DNA of 64,000 nt from Thermoproteota archaeon (GTDB lineage Archaea; Thermoproteota; EX4484-205; JAAOZP01), in contig JBNAVT010000001.1 of assembly GCA_049700215.1 (NCBI GenBank), positions 1-64,000 of the forward strand, given 5' to 3'. This document shows, piece after piece, positions 47,786 through 57,572 of this stretch (positions within the stretch are counted from its first letter, which is position 1; every line of letters begins with the position of its first letter). Position numbers and translations under genes: made by a program. The notes beneath the pieces were generated by a model that made no database searches, was not told the origin of the DNA, and saw only the letters and a program-made list of their open reading frames with translations.

Positions 47786-48437
47786 GGAGGAGGCGGGGGA
47801 GCCTGAGGAGGAAGTCGGGGAGATCACCGTAGAAACCCCTTTAATAAGGATGATTAAAGAGGGCAGGGTTTCATCGGTTGAAGACGTTTTCAACATGGGT
47901 CTGAAGATAAGGGAGCCTGAGGCGATAGACCTTCTGCTGCGCAAGATAAGGGAGGAAGTCATATCGATGAGCCCTGTTCAGAAGCAGAGCGACGCTGGCG
48001 AGAAGACTCGTTTCAGAGCACTCGTGGTCGTCGGGGATGAGGACGGTCACGTCGGCATAGGCTCAGCCAAGGCTAAGCAGGTTAGGGATGCGATTGAGAA
48101 GGCTGCGAGGAAGGCCAGGCTGAACATAATACCTGTGCCAAGGGGATGCGGCTCATGGGAGTGTAAATGCGGGGAGCCCCACTCAATACCTTCTAAAACA
48201 TTCGGGAAGACTGGAAGCGTCTATGTCGCCTTCTTCCCCGGACCCAAGGGCCTCGGCCTAGTTGTAGGGGATGCTGCGAAGCCTCTTTTCAGGCTCGCCG
48301 GAATAAGGGACGTATGGTCTAAGACTAAGGGCTCAACCTCTACCAGCCACTCGTTCGTAGCTGCCGCCTACTCTGCTCTGAAAAGGCTTTACACAACTAG
48401 TTTCCTAGCTTCGGAGGCTGCTCGCGTTGAAGGCTGA
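47778..48437 (+). CDS. rps5p: 30S ribosomal protein S5
   Basis: QKQSDAG, RGCGSWEC.CG.PHS, PGPKGLGL. Confidence 0.95.
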   Translation: MAEEEAGEPEEEVGEITVETPLIRMIKEGRVSSVEDVFNMGLKIREPEAIDLLLRKIREEVISMSPVQKQSDAGEKTRFRALVVVGDEDGHVGIGSAKAKQVRDAIEKAARKARLNIIPVPRGCGSWECKCGEPHSIPSKTFGKTGSVYVAFFPGPKGLGLVVGDAAKPLFRLAGIRDVWSKTKGSTSTSHSFVAAAYSALKRLYTTSFLASEAARVEG

Positions 48438-48918
48438 GGAAAACCTTCCTCCGCTTGCAGTCGTCGTCAGAGTAAGGGGGTCTGTCAACGTTACCAGGGA
48501 TGTTTCAGCCACGCTGAGGAAGCTCAGGCTTCTCAGGGTGAACTCGTCGACGCTCGTCAGGCTAACCCCCCCGGTTGAAGGCATGTTGAGAAGGGTGAAG
48601 GAGCATGTTTTCTGGGGCAGGGTGGATAAAAACATGCTTCGCCTGCTGCTCTTGAAGAGAGGAAGGCTTCCGGGAGACAGGCGTTTAAGCGACGAGAATG
48701 TTTCAAAATACACTAGGTACCGGACGCTGGATGAGCTGGTTGAAGCAGTCTGGCTTAGCAGCTCTCCGGCTGAAGCCATCAAGCCTGTTAAACCTGTTTT
48801 CAGGCTAACCCCGCCTAAGGGCGGTTTTAAGAGGAGTGTTAAGAAGCCTGTTAAGAAGGGCGGGATACTGGGAGACTGGGGCGATAGAGTAGGCTGGATA
48901 CTGAGACGGATGGTCTAG
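48427..48918 (+). CDS. rpl30p: 50S ribosomal protein L30
   Basis: VVRVRG, FRLTPPKGG. Confidence 0.93.
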   Translation: MKAEENLPPLAVVVRVRGSVNVTRDVSATLRKLRLLRVNSSTLVRLTPPVEGMLRRVKEHVFWGRVDKNMLRLLLLKRGRLPGDRRLSDENVSKYTRYRTLDELVEAVWLSSSPAEAIKPVKPVFRLTPPKGGFKRSVKKPVKKGGILGDWGDRVGWILRRMV

Positions 48919-49048
48919 CTGCCGGATACGGCTGAAGGCTTTTTAAAGCTGTTGCGGATTAATGGATGATGGTGGAAAACCGGTTTAAGGCTTGCGCTGA
49001 CCAAACGGTAAGGGTTAAAAAGTCCAGAATACTCCTCTCGCCGAGAAA

Positions 49049-49468
49049 TTGCCGACCAGGTTGAGAAAAGTTAGGAGGATGCGGGGCAGCAGGACCCACG
49101 GCTGGGGCCAGATAGGCCAGCACCGTAAATCAGGGTCGAGGGGCGGCGTTGGCAGGGCTGGCAGCATGGGGCACAAGTTTCTAATGTTCTACAAGGAGGA
49201 GAAGGATAAGGGTTTCATAAGGAGGGTTCCAAAGGCTGAGGGGAAAAGGATAAACGTCGGGGAACTGGATGAACTCTTCAGGAGGACGCGTGGGCAGGCC
49301 GCGGAGGGTGAGAAAACACTGGATCTTGCTGCGCTCGGCTATTCTAAGCTTCTGGGTTCGGGGAGTGTTTCCACAGCCTACGTGGTTAGGGTTGCCTCCT
49401 GCAGCGAGAAGGCGAGGATGAAGGTGGAGGCTAAGGGCGGTAGGATTGTTAAGCCTGGTGAACCCTGA
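49049..49468 (+). CDS. rpl15p: 50S ribosomal protein L15
   Basis: RGSRTHGWG, GSRGG.G.AG, KLLGSG. Confidence 0.95.
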   Translation: MPTRLRKVRRMRGSRTHGWGQIGQHRKSGSRGGVGRAGSMGHKFLMFYKEEKDKGFIRRVPKAEGKRINVGELDELFRRTRGQAAEGEKTLDLAALGYSKLLGSGSVSTAYVVRVASCSEKARMKVEAKGGRIVKPGEP

Positions 49469-50874
49469 TGGGCTTCCTGGAAGCCATGGAGAGCATCGAG
49501 CCATACGTCCCCCAGATAGAGGCCCCGACTAGAAAGGTTAGCTTCACTACAAGGCTGATGTGGACAGGGCTCGTGCTAGCGCTCTACCTGGTTATGGGCT
49601 ATGTTCCTCTCTACGGGGTTGGAAGCCAGGGAGCTGACCCATGGGCGTCCTACAGGATCATAATAGGGGGGCAGCAGGGTTCTCTCCTACACCTCGGCAT
49701 CGGCCCCCTCGTGACAGGCAGCCTCGTAGTACAGCTTCTAGCGGGCTCAGGCTTGATCAGGTATGACCCGGGCTCAGAGTATGACAGGAGGATGCTGCAG
49801 GTTGCTACGAAGCTGGCTACCCTTCTGCTTATCCTCTTCTCAGCCGGCTCGACTGTTTTCAGCGGGTCGCTGGGGGCATTGAGTTTGAAGGCTGAAATCA
49901 TAGCTATGGTGCAGCTCTCAATAGCCTCGATCCTACTGCTATTCATGGATGAGACGCTTCAAAAAGGCTGGGGCCTGGGCAGCGGGATAAGCCTCTTCAT
50001 ACTTGCCGGTGTAGCTAAGGAGATATGGCTGGGCTGTTTAAACCCGCTCCCGGCGCCCGACGGCTACATGTGGGGAGTGCTGCTCTTCTTCTTCCAGAAG
50101 GCTTTCGCTCTTAAAAGCCCTCTGGCCGACTTCTTCTACAGGGGTGCCCCGACGGTTCCCACGATTTTCCAGCTGATTGTAACCGTGGTCTTCATACTCG
50201 TGCTCATCTACCTTGAAAACGTTAGGATTAACGTTCCTATTTCACACGGGCGTTTCAGAGGCTTCTCCAGAGGCTTCCCCATTAGGCTGCTTTACGTTTC
50301 GAATATTCCAGTCATTCTCGCGGCGGCAATATTCTCAAACATACAGCTGATGGCTAATGTTGCGAGTGGAACCTGGCTCGCCAACACTCCGGTGGCTGAT
50401 TTCATAGGCAGGGTTGAAGTGGTTAACAACACGTATGTTCCTGTTTCAGGCTTAGCTTGGCTTGTGAATCCTCCGCGAGGCATCACGCATGTTGCTGCAG
50501 AGCCTCTTCGTGCAGTAGGCTACATACTACTGCTCGCCCTCTTAAGCCTAGGCCTGTCAATGGTTTGGCTCTCTGTTTCAGGCATGGATGCTAAATCGGT
50601 TTCCTCTCAGCTGGTTGACTCAGACGTTTTTCTAAGGGGCTTCAGGTCCACCCCGGGAGTGATTGAGAGTAAAATAGCCCCGTACATAAACACGGTTGCG
50701 CTGCTGGGGGGTTTGATTATCGGGCTTATCGCGGGCGTTGGGGACGTGCTAGCCGTCATAGGCGGGGGCATGGGTGTCCTGCTGGCGGTGGACATAGTGC
50801 AGCAGTACTACCAGTTAATCATGGAGGAGACTATTGAAACCCACCCCGGCCTGCTTAGGGTGCTGGGAAAGTAG
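49468..50874 (+). CDS. secY: Preprotein translocase SecY
   Basis: LGIGPLVT, GWGLGSGISLFI, LYVSNIPVIL; 10 TM. Confidence 0.96.
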   Translation: MGFLEAMESIEPYVPQIEAPTRKVSFTTRLMWTGLVLALYLVMGYVPLYGVGSQGADPWASYRIIIGGQQGSLLHLGIGPLVTGSLVVQLLAGSGLIRYDPGSEYDRRMLQVATKLATLLLILFSAGSTVFSGSLGALSLKAEIIAMVQLSIASILLLFMDETLQKGWGLGSGISLFILAGVAKEIWLGCLNPLPAPDGYMWGVLLFFFQKAFALKSPLADFFYRGAPTVPTIFQLIVTVVFILVLIYLENVRINVPISHGRFRGFSRGFPIRLLYVSNIPVILAAAIFSNIQLMANVASGTWLANTPVADFIGRVEVVNNTYVPVSGLAWLVNPPRGITHVAAEPLRAVGYILLLALLSLGLSMVWLSVSGMDAKSVSSQLVDSDVFLRGFRSTPGVIESKIAPYINTVALLGGLIIGLIAGVGDVLAVIGGGMGVLLAVDIVQQYYQLIMEETIETHPGLLRVLGK

Positions 50875-50974
50875 CCAGAAACATTTATTTAACAACAGTT
50901 TTTTCAGTGATTAAGCATGGCGCGTAATGTTGAGCATCCGGCTGCGAATTGTTTAAACCCGTGTTCAGTGGGGG

Positions 50975-51433
50975 GTGAGAAGGTTGTCCGCTAGTGGGGT
51001 TGCCATGGTTACGCTGGTTACAGCAGTCTCCTCGCTCCTGGGTCACTTAGTTCTGAAATTCGTCCTCCACCCTGAGAGAATGCGGTTGAAGACGGAGGAG
51101 TTGAAAGCATACAGGTTGGAGCGTGATGCCGCAACCAAGCTTAAGGACCAGAAGCTTCTTAAAAAGCTCGACAAGCAGAAGGTATACATGTCTAAGGTTG
51201 AGCAGGAGGTCTCCTCCTTCCAGCTTAAAACAATGCTTGTTAACATGGGCATCATGTTTTCAGCATTCTACTTTCTATGGTTCACCATACCTATGGGGGA
51301 TGTGGCTGGCCGCTTCTCAGCGTCGCTCTACGGCGGAAACGAGGAAATACAGTTAAGCTACGGCCTCTGGTACTTCATAGCTCTCTCCTTCTTCATACAG
51401 GTCTTCCGGAAGGCGTTTGGAGTAGGCGGCTGA
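50975..51433 (+). CDS. DUF106/EMC3-TMCO1 family membrane insertase
   Basis: TM-coiled coil-TM, WYF motif, conserved position after secY. Confidence 0.8.
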   Translation: MRRLSASGVAMVTLVTAVSSLLGHLVLKFVLHPERMRLKTEELKAYRLERDAATKLKDQKLLKKLDKQKVYMSKVEQEVSSFQLKTMLVNMGIMFSAFYFLWFTIPMGDVAGRFSASLYGGNEEIQLSYGLWYFIALSFFIQVFRKAFGVGG

Positions 51434-51434
51434 G

Positions 51435-51998
51435 GTGGTTTGGTTGAAGAGGCCGAGAAACCCGATAATAATAATAACGGGCCTGCACGGGGTTGGGAAA
51501 TCAACTTTCGCAGCCCCGCTTGCAAGAGAGTTCAACCTTAAGTATGTTTCAACGGGCTCCGTTTTCCGTTCGATAGCTGAAAAGAAGGGGTTGACGCTCG
51601 CCCAGCTCTCAGAGCTCTGCAAGAAATCTCCCGAGTTCGACAGGGAGATAGACAGCGTTACTCTCTCTCTGCTCGACTCAGGCGGGGTTGTTCTAGACAG
51701 TCTCCTCGCAGGATGGTTCGCCAAGGGTGTTGAGTCCTTCAAAATATATTTGAAGGCGCCTTTCGAAGAAAGGTGCAGGAGGATCGCCGTCAGGGAGAAA
51801 AGGCCGTTTGAAGAAGTAGTTTCTGAAACCCTTACCAGGGAGGACTCGGAGAGGAAAAGGTTCGTTGAATACTACGGGTTTAACATTGATGATCTGAGCA
51901 TCTACGACATTGTTATCGACACAGGGAGCCTCTCCCAGGAATCAGTCGGTGGAATACTTAAGTTAGCCGTCTCAGCCTACTTAAAGGAGAAATGGTGA
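51435..51998 (+). CDS. cmk: Cytidylate kinase
   Basis: GLHGVGKST, STGSVFR, LAGW, IYDIVIDT. Confidence 0.9.
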   Translation: MVWLKRPRNPIIIITGLHGVGKSTFAAPLAREFNLKYVSTGSVFRSIAEKKGLTLAQLSELCKKSPEFDREIDSVTLSLLDSGGVVLDSLLAGWFAKGVESFKIYLKAPFEERCRRIAVREKRPFEEVVSETLTREDSERKRFVEYYGFNIDDLSIYDIVIDTGSLSQESVGGILKLAVSAYLKEKW

Positions 51999-52004
51999 TG
52001 GAGA

Positions 52005-52298
52005 ATGCCTAGGGAAGTGTTGCGACCAGGAAGGATTTGCGTGATAACCCGCGGCAGAGACAAGGGGAAGAAATGCGTCGTAGTCGGCAGCGTTGACGAT
52101 ACGAGTGTTCTCGTAACCGGTCCGAAGGAGTTGAACGGCGTTAAGAGGGGTAGGAAGAACATCCTCCATCTCATGCCTCTCGCTGAAAACGTTAGAGTAA
52201 GGGTTAACTCTAAGGATGAGACTGTTCTAGCAGCCCTGGAGAAAAGCGGCTTGAAAGAATTCATGAGGGAGATAATGAGGGTTGAGGATGCTGGTTGA
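52005..52298 (+). CDS. rpl14e: 50S ribosomal protein L14e
   Basis: GRICV.TRGRD.GKKCVV, VLVTGPK. Confidence 0.92.
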   Translation: MPREVLRPGRICVITRGRDKGKKCVVVGSVDDTSVLVTGPKELNGVKRGRKNILHLMPLAENVRVRVNSKDETVLAALEKSGLKEFMREIMRVEDAG

Positions 52299-53281
52299 CT
52301 TCGTAAAGTTCAGGACGCTGGTTAAGGAGGAGTGTGAAACCGACGAGAAGTACGGTGAGCACCCGGATAAGAGGAGCGTCTCCAGGCTTCTGCAGCTGGG
52401 GGTTGTGAACCTGGATAAGCCGCCAGGGCCCTCGAGCCACGACGTTTCTTCAACAGTTAAGAGGATTCTTAACGCTGAGAAGGCTGGGCACGCCGGGACC
52501 CTTGAAGCAATGGGGAGATCCCGGTGTCTCCGGTGTTCTACCCGTATGCCTCAACGACGCTACTAAAACAATAGAATACCTCCATCTGATGAGTAAAGAG
52601 TATGTCGGAGTGTGCGAGGTCCACAGGGATTTCGACGAGAAGGCTCTGCGAAGATGGGTTGAGAAGATGACTGGCCCGATATACCAGCGGCCACCGGTTA
52701 AATCATCCGTTAAAAGATCGCTACGGCGGAGGATTGTTCTAAAGTTTACAGTCGAGGATGTTTCAGAGAGAAGGTTTGTCTTCAGGGTTGCTACTGAACC
52801 CGGCACGTACATCAGGAAGCTTCTTCACGATCTTGGCCTGCTCCTGGGAACTGGTGCACACATGGTTGAGCTTAGAAGAGTTAGGGACGGTTTTCTCAAC
52901 GAGGATTCTTCAACAACCCTCCTCGAGCTCTACGCAGCCTGGCAGCTCTACTCTAAGAAGGGTGACGAGACGCTTATCAGGAGATTCGTTAAGCCTGTTG
53001 AAGAAGCTTTCAAAGGATTTCCATCAGTCTACATTAAGGACAGCGCGGTCGCGGCAGTTGCACACGGCGCCCCCCTCGCCTCCCGGGGTGTTTCAAAAAT
53101 AGACCACCCGCTTTCCAAGGGCGACGTAGTATGCATAAAAACCCTGAAGGGAGAGTGCGTAGGCTTCGGCACTCTCACCATGGGTTCAGACGAGGTTCTG
53201 CAGGCTAAGAGCGGGATAGTTGTTTCAGTGGAGAGAGTTGTGATGGATAGGAGCCTCTACCCCAAGATGTGGGGCGGCTAA
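52288..53281 (+). CDS. cbf5: H/ACA pseudouridine synthase Cbf5, interrupted by 13-nt BHB intron (52505-52517)
   Basis: LDKPPGPSSH, GHAGTL|DPGVSGVLP restored on splicing, GTYIRKL, PUA domain. Confidence 0.92.
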
Positions 53282-53370
53282 GAAGGCTTTAACCCGCCAG
53301 CCTCCTATCGTCGTGTTCAGTGCTCCGGCAAACAAAACTTAAAAACATGCCTCGCAAGCACTCTTCAAAT

Positions 53371-53499
53371 GCCGAGGTGCCCGAACTTGGCTAAGGGGCA
53401 AGCCTGGAGCACGCGCGCTGGCGTGCTAAAGCAGTTAAAGCGGTTTCAGCGAGCTTGTGGCCCTCCTGGGCCTTAGGGGTTCAAATCCCCTCCTCGGCG
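53371..53499 (+). tRNA. tRNA-Ser(GGA) with 42-nt canonical 37/38 intron (53410-53451)
   Basis: CAAGC/GCTTG anticodon stem, long variable arm, central helix CTGG/TCAG. Confidence 0.9.
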
Positions 53500-53561
53500 T
53501 TTTAAATATTTATGTTTATTCAAGTAATGCGCTGGTTAAAAACCTGGATATTCTGTCCCTA

Positions 53562-53573
53562 TAGCGCGCGCTA
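53562..53573. repeat. Dispersed perfect palindrome TAGCGCGCGCTA
   Basis: Identical to copy at 27808. Confidence 0.8.
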
Positions 53574-53869
53574 GTTGCGGCATCATCGTGAGCGGATAGG
53601 GCTGCGACGATGACAGCGTTAGGCGAAGGATGAATCCGGGTATTAAGTGTGCCGGAGGAAGGGTTTTATGAGGCTGGTTAAATGGCGTTTAGAGGACAGA
53701 AACCCGTTGGACTAGTTGAGCAGGTTCTCAGGCTTCAAACAGCCGTAGGATTAAACCGCTGTTTCCCAGGCACCGGCAGTCGTCCCGCCGGGTTTTTAAA
53801 CATCCCTGCTTGTTTCTTTGAAAAATAATGTTTATAACCAGCCTTATCCAGAGCCCTTTAGGCCTGCTT

Positions 53870-54346
53870 ATGAGCAACAGGGAGTTTAGGGAGATAGTGC
53901 GGATCGCCGGTGTGGATTGCGACGGCAAGAGAAAGGTATTGGACGGTCTATCGCTGGTTAAAGGCATAGGCTGGTCCACGGCTAGAGCGCTTTGCATAGC
54001 GCTGAACATACCTATGGACACTAGGCTGGGCTACTTGTCTGAGGAGGAGGTGGCTAGGATAGAGGCTGCGCTAAACAATCCCGGGTCGCTGGACATGCCT
54101 GTTTGGATGCTCAACAGGAGGAGAGACCCCCTGACCGGTGAGGATAAGCACTTGTTAACGTCTGATCTAGAGCTTACTCAGAAGATGGATATTGAGAGGA
54201 TGATGAGGATTAAGTCTTGGAAGGGTGTTAGGCATTCCCTCGGCTTAAAGGTGAGGGGGCAGAGGACTAGGACGACCGGAAGGACAGGCGGCCCAATAGG
54301 TTTTTCAAAGGCTGCCTTGAAGCAGGCTGAGAGCAGCAAGCAGTGA
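53870..54346 (+). CDS. rps13p: 30S ribosomal protein S13
   Basis: IVRIAG.D, WMLNRRRD, GLKVRGQRTRTTGR. Confidence 0.96.
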   Translation: MSNREFREIVRIAGVDCDGKRKVLDGLSLVKGIGWSTARALCIALNIPMDTRLGYLSEEEVARIEAALNNPGSLDMPVWMLNRRRDPLTGEDKHLLTSDLELTQKMDIERMMRIKSWKGVRHSLGLKVRGQRTRTTGRTGGPIGFSKAALKQAESSKQ

Positions 54347-54352
54347 TGAGCA

Positions 54353-54844
54353 TTGGGCGACCCGCGTAAGATTAGAAGCAAAATCCTGCATCCGAAGCAC
54401 CCCTGGGTTAAGGAGCGTCTGGCGGAGGAGCTTGTCCTAGTCGGGGAGTATGGTTTGAGGAACAAGAGGGAGCTTTGGAGGGCTGCTTCCCTACTTAGGG
54501 GTGTGAGGGCTTCAGCCCGCTCCTACCTAAGCCTGACTGGTGAGGAGAGGGTTAAGAGAGAGTCTGAGCTTATTTCGAGGCTTCACAGGCTCGGCTTAGT
54601 GAGCAAGGATGCGAAGCTTGACGATGTTCTCTCCCTGACTGTTTCAAACATTCTTGAAAGGAGGCTTCAAACAATCGTCTACAGGAAGGGTTTTGCGAAG
54701 ACTATTCACGGCGCTAGGCAGGCGATAGTACACGGCAAGATCATGATAGGCAGCCAGGTTGTAAGATCCCCCGGCTACTTCGTCACCAGGGACGAGGAGC
54801 CTCTCATACGGGTTAAGACAGTCGAGGAGACTAAAGCAGCGTAG
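54353..54844 (+). CDS. rps4p: 30S ribosomal protein S4
   Basis: YGLRNKRELW, LERRLQT, ARQAIVHG. Confidence 0.96.
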   Translation: MGDPRKIRSKILHPKHPWVKERLAEELVLVGEYGLRNKRELWRAASLLRGVRASARSYLSLTGEERVKRESELISRLHRLGLVSKDAKLDDVLSLTVSNILERRLQTIVYRKGFAKTIHGARQAIVHGKIMIGSQVVRSPGYFVTRDEEPLIRVKTVEETKAA

Positions 54845-54997
54845 ACTAGTTTCTCAACAGCAGGGCTGAGTTTAAACCCTTATGCGTGCCTGCTAAAGTA
54901 GTGAAGCAAACGTGTCTTTTATTCGGGGCTAAGCCTAAACTTATCTGTGTACCGCCGTCTCTCAAGCATGCTTACCGTAAACCATAGTCTTAAAAGC

Positions 54998-55393
54998 CTA
55001 GAACCTTCTTCCCCTTCTACCGCCTGGCTTCCTAGTTCCATCGGTTGGAATAGGAGTGACGTCTTCAATAGCTATTATCCTTAGTCCGGCTCTCGTCAAC
55101 GCTCTTATGGCTGCCTGAGCCCCCTGCCCAGGGGTTCTCGACTTTATGCCTCCTGGAGCCCTAACCCTGACCTTTATGCTTGTTATCCCCAGCTTTTTCA
55201 AGGCTCCAGCCACAGTGTTTGCAGCCACCATCGCGCCGTACGGGCTGCCGCCAAGCCTGTCAGCCTTAACATGCTGGCCTGCCGCGGATATTGCTAGGGT
55301 TGAGGAGCCGCTTGGGTCAGTAGCGTGAACTATAGTATTGTTGCCGGACGAGTATATTCGTACGACTGCGTATTTCTCTTGCTCAGTGCTCAC
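54998..55393 (-). CDS. rps11p: 30S ribosomal protein S11 (inverted relative to cluster)
   Basis: [33 protein letters not shown]. Confidence 0.95.
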   Translation of the reverse strand: MSTEQEKYAVVRIYSSGNNTIVHATDPSGSSTLAISAAGQHVKADRLGGSPYGAMVAANTVAGALKKLGITSIKVRVRAPGGIKSRTPGQGAQAAIRALTRAGLRIIAIEDVTPIPTDGTRKPGGRRGRRF

Positions 55394-55514
55394 GCAGCCA
55401 TCCTGCGTAAGGAGGTTAATAAGCGTTCTCAAGACGGCTTCGGAGCCGGGTAGGGCCCATGACTGTGGAAACGCTAACCCTTAAATACCTTCCCGGGAAA
55501 ATAGCACGTTAATA

Positions 55515-56201
55515 TTGGATGTAAAGATACTTAGGCTGAGCGACGACTATCTGGAGGCTAGGCTGGAAGGCTGTTCAGAGGCGCTTGTAAACGCGATTAG
55601 AAGGGCTATTCTCGAAGAGGTTCCGACGCTGGCGATACACGAGGTCTTCATCTTCGAAAACTCCAGCCCGATGTTCGACGAGGTTCTTTCAAACAGGCTT
55701 GGCCTAATACCTTTGAGAACCCCGCCTGGGAAATACCTGCCGATGGATTCTCAAGAATGTCTGCAGGGCTCCAGCGAGAGGTGCTTCACCTCGCTGAGCA
55801 TAGATGTTTCCGCCGGCGACTCCCCGTTGACGGTTTACTCTAAGCATCTCGTCTGTAGGGATGAGGAGGTCTACCCTGTCTACGGCAATATTCCTATAAC
55901 CAAGCTTCCCCCTGGTGGAAAGCTTAGGCTTGAGGCAATAGCCAGGCTTGGAAGGGGTAAGATGCATGCTAAATGGCAGCCTGCCTCCCTAGCAACGTAC
56001 AGCTTCACGGATTCCCCGGATACGTTTGTTTTCAGGCTTGAATCAACGGGTTCTCTGCCCGCAATAGAGGTCTTCAGGCAGGCTCTGGGTATCCTGAGAG
56101 ATAAGTTTAAAACGCTTCTGGATTCTCTCATGCTTCCTGAGGTTGAAGAGAAGCGTGGCGGCGAGGAGGGTGTTGCTTTCGGTGAGGAAGGCGGCAGGTG
56201 A
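55515..56201 (+). CDS. rpoD: RNA polymerase subunit D (Rpo3)
   Basis: NAIRRA..EVPTLAI, RLGLIPL, HAKWQP, ESTGSL. Confidence 0.95.
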   Translation: MDVKILRLSDDYLEARLEGCSEALVNAIRRAILEEVPTLAIHEVFIFENSSPMFDEVLSNRLGLIPLRTPPGKYLPMDSQECLQGSSERCFTSLSIDVSAGDSPLTVYSKHLVCRDEEVYPVYGNIPITKLPPGGKLRLEAIARLGRGKMHAKWQPASLATYSFTDSPDTFVFRLESTGSLPAIEVFRQALGILRDKFKTLLDSLMLPEVEEKRGGEEGVAFGEEGGR

Positions 56202-56487
56202 CTCCAGGTTCTGGAGGAGTGTTGAGAGGCTTTTATCCAGACCAGGGAGCAGGATGGCTGAGGTTAACGTGGGTAAGATTGCGCGTTTAACCCAGCGGGG
56301 CGACCGTGTAGTAGTGCCTGGAAAAGTCTTGGGGAAGGGGGAGATTAACCATAGCGTCACGGTTGCCGCCCTGTTCTTCTCCTCAGCCGCGCTCGATAAG
56401 CTTAGGTCAGCCGGATGCACGGTTATGCGGCTTGACGAGTTTGCCAAGGTTGAGCAGAAGGGCTCAGGGGTGAAACTAATTGTCTGA
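56143..56487 (+). CDS. rpl18e: 50S ribosomal protein L18e
   Basis: VNVGKI, VVVPGKVLGKG. Confidence 0.93.
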   Translation: MKRSVAARRVLLSVRKAAGDSRFWRSVERLLSRPGSRMAEVNVGKIARLTQRGDRVVVPGKVLGKGEINHSVTVAALFFSSAALDKLRSAGCTVMRLDEFAKVEQKGSGVKLIV

Positions 56488-56920
56488 GAAAATCCTTGTT
56501 GTGGATGCTACTGACCAGGTTCTAGGAAGGATGTGCTCAATCATAGCTAAGAGGCTCCTGGAGGGATACAGGGTTTACGTGGTTAACGCTGAGAAGACAA
56601 GGATCTCTGGGGGGAGAGACAGCTTCATCAGGGAGTACGAGGCCTTCCTGGGGGTGAAGAGCGTTAGGAACCCTAAGCATACGCCGAGGCATCCGAGGAG
56701 CCCGGTGACATACGTTAGGAGCGTTGTTAAAAGCATGCTTCCAATGGATAAGCCGAAGGGGATGGAGGCGTTTAGAAGGCTCAGGGTCTACTGCGGCTGG
56801 CCGAGCAGCGTTAAGGGTGGGGCTGTGAGGTTTAAGGATGCTGACGCATCCAGGCTTGGGAGAAGATCGTTCACTCTTTCAGACTTGAAGGGCTTTTTCA
56901 ACATTCCGGAGGCTGATTAG
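56480..56920 (+). CDS. rpl13p: 50S ribosomal protein L13
   Basis: VDA..LGR, VNAEK..ISG, MLP. Confidence 0.94.
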   Translation: MSEKILVVDATDQVLGRMCSIIAKRLLEGYRVYVVNAEKTRISGGRDSFIREYEAFLGVKSVRNPKHTPRHPRSPVTYVRSVVKSMLPMDKPKGMEAFRRLRVYCGWPSSVKGGAVRFKDADASRLGRRSFTLSDLKGFFNIPEAD

Positions 56921-56922
56921 GT

Positions 56923-57336
56923 TTGCCGACTCCTAGGAAACTGCCTTTGGTTGTAACGGGTTCCGTCAAGAGCTCGGTTGCTAGGGCTGTTGTTAAGCAG
57001 GGTTCCGGGCGCGTCACGATAAACGGCTACCCTGCTGAAAACTGGCTTTACGACCCGTACAGGATGCTCGCCTTAACGCCTTTGAAGCTTCTCCCTGAGC
57101 AGTTTAAGGATGTTGACGTCGAGGTTAAGGTTGAAGGCGGGGGTCATGCTTCGCAGGCTAGGGCGGTTATGCAGGCTTTAGCCAGGGGTATTACTCAATG
57201 GACGAGGAGCACGAGCGTTAGAAACGTTTTCAGAGTGTTCGACAGACATCTTCTCTCAGGAGACCCGCGGAGGAAGGAGCCTAAGAAGTTTGGAGGACCC
57301 GGTGCTAGAAGGAGGTTCCAGAAGTCCTACAGGTAG
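56923..57336 (+). CDS. rps9p: 30S ribosomal protein S9
   Basis: VEGGG, DPRRKEPKKFGGPGARRRFQKSYR. Confidence 0.96.
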   Translation: MPTPRKLPLVVTGSVKSSVARAVVKQGSGRVTINGYPAENWLYDPYRMLALTPLKLLPEQFKDVDVEVKVEGGGHASQARAVMQALARGITQWTRSTSVRNVFRVFDRHLLSGDPRRKEPKKFGGPGARRRFQKSYR

Positions 57337-57350
57337 GTGATTATGGCTTG

Positions 57351-57572
57351 ATGTTCCCAGTTAGGTGTTTCACGTGTGGCAAAGTAATAGGCCACTTGTG
57401 GGAGGATTACCAGAGGAGGGTTGCTTCAGGCGAGGATCCGAAGCAGGTGCTTGACTCTCTCAGCGTCACAAGAATCTGCTGTAGGCGAATGTTTATTTCC
57501 CATGTCGATTATATTGACGAGCTGCTCTCATACTCTAGGGGACTATCTCTGGGGGAGGACTACAGGCAATGA
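57351..57572 (+). CDS. rpoN: RNA polymerase subunit N (Rpo10)
   Basis: PVRCFTCGK, CCRRM. Confidence 0.96.
   Translation: MFPVRCFTCGKVIGHLWEDYQRRVASGEDPKQVLDSLSVTRICCRRMFISHVDYIDELLSYSRGLSLGEDYRQ

Noticed and set aside
48960-49000. ATGATGG...CTGA as a C/D sRNA
   Set aside because: Imperfect C box, no internal D'/C' pair and no recognisable guide
52282-53281. cbf5 as pseudogene or sequencing frameshift
   Set aside because: A BHB intron at the known site explains the frame change exactly
53574-53827. GC-rich spacer as RNase P or SRP RNA
   Set aside because: No SRP helix-8 motif or RNase P conserved P4 strands recognised on either strand; an Infernal/Rfam search would be needed
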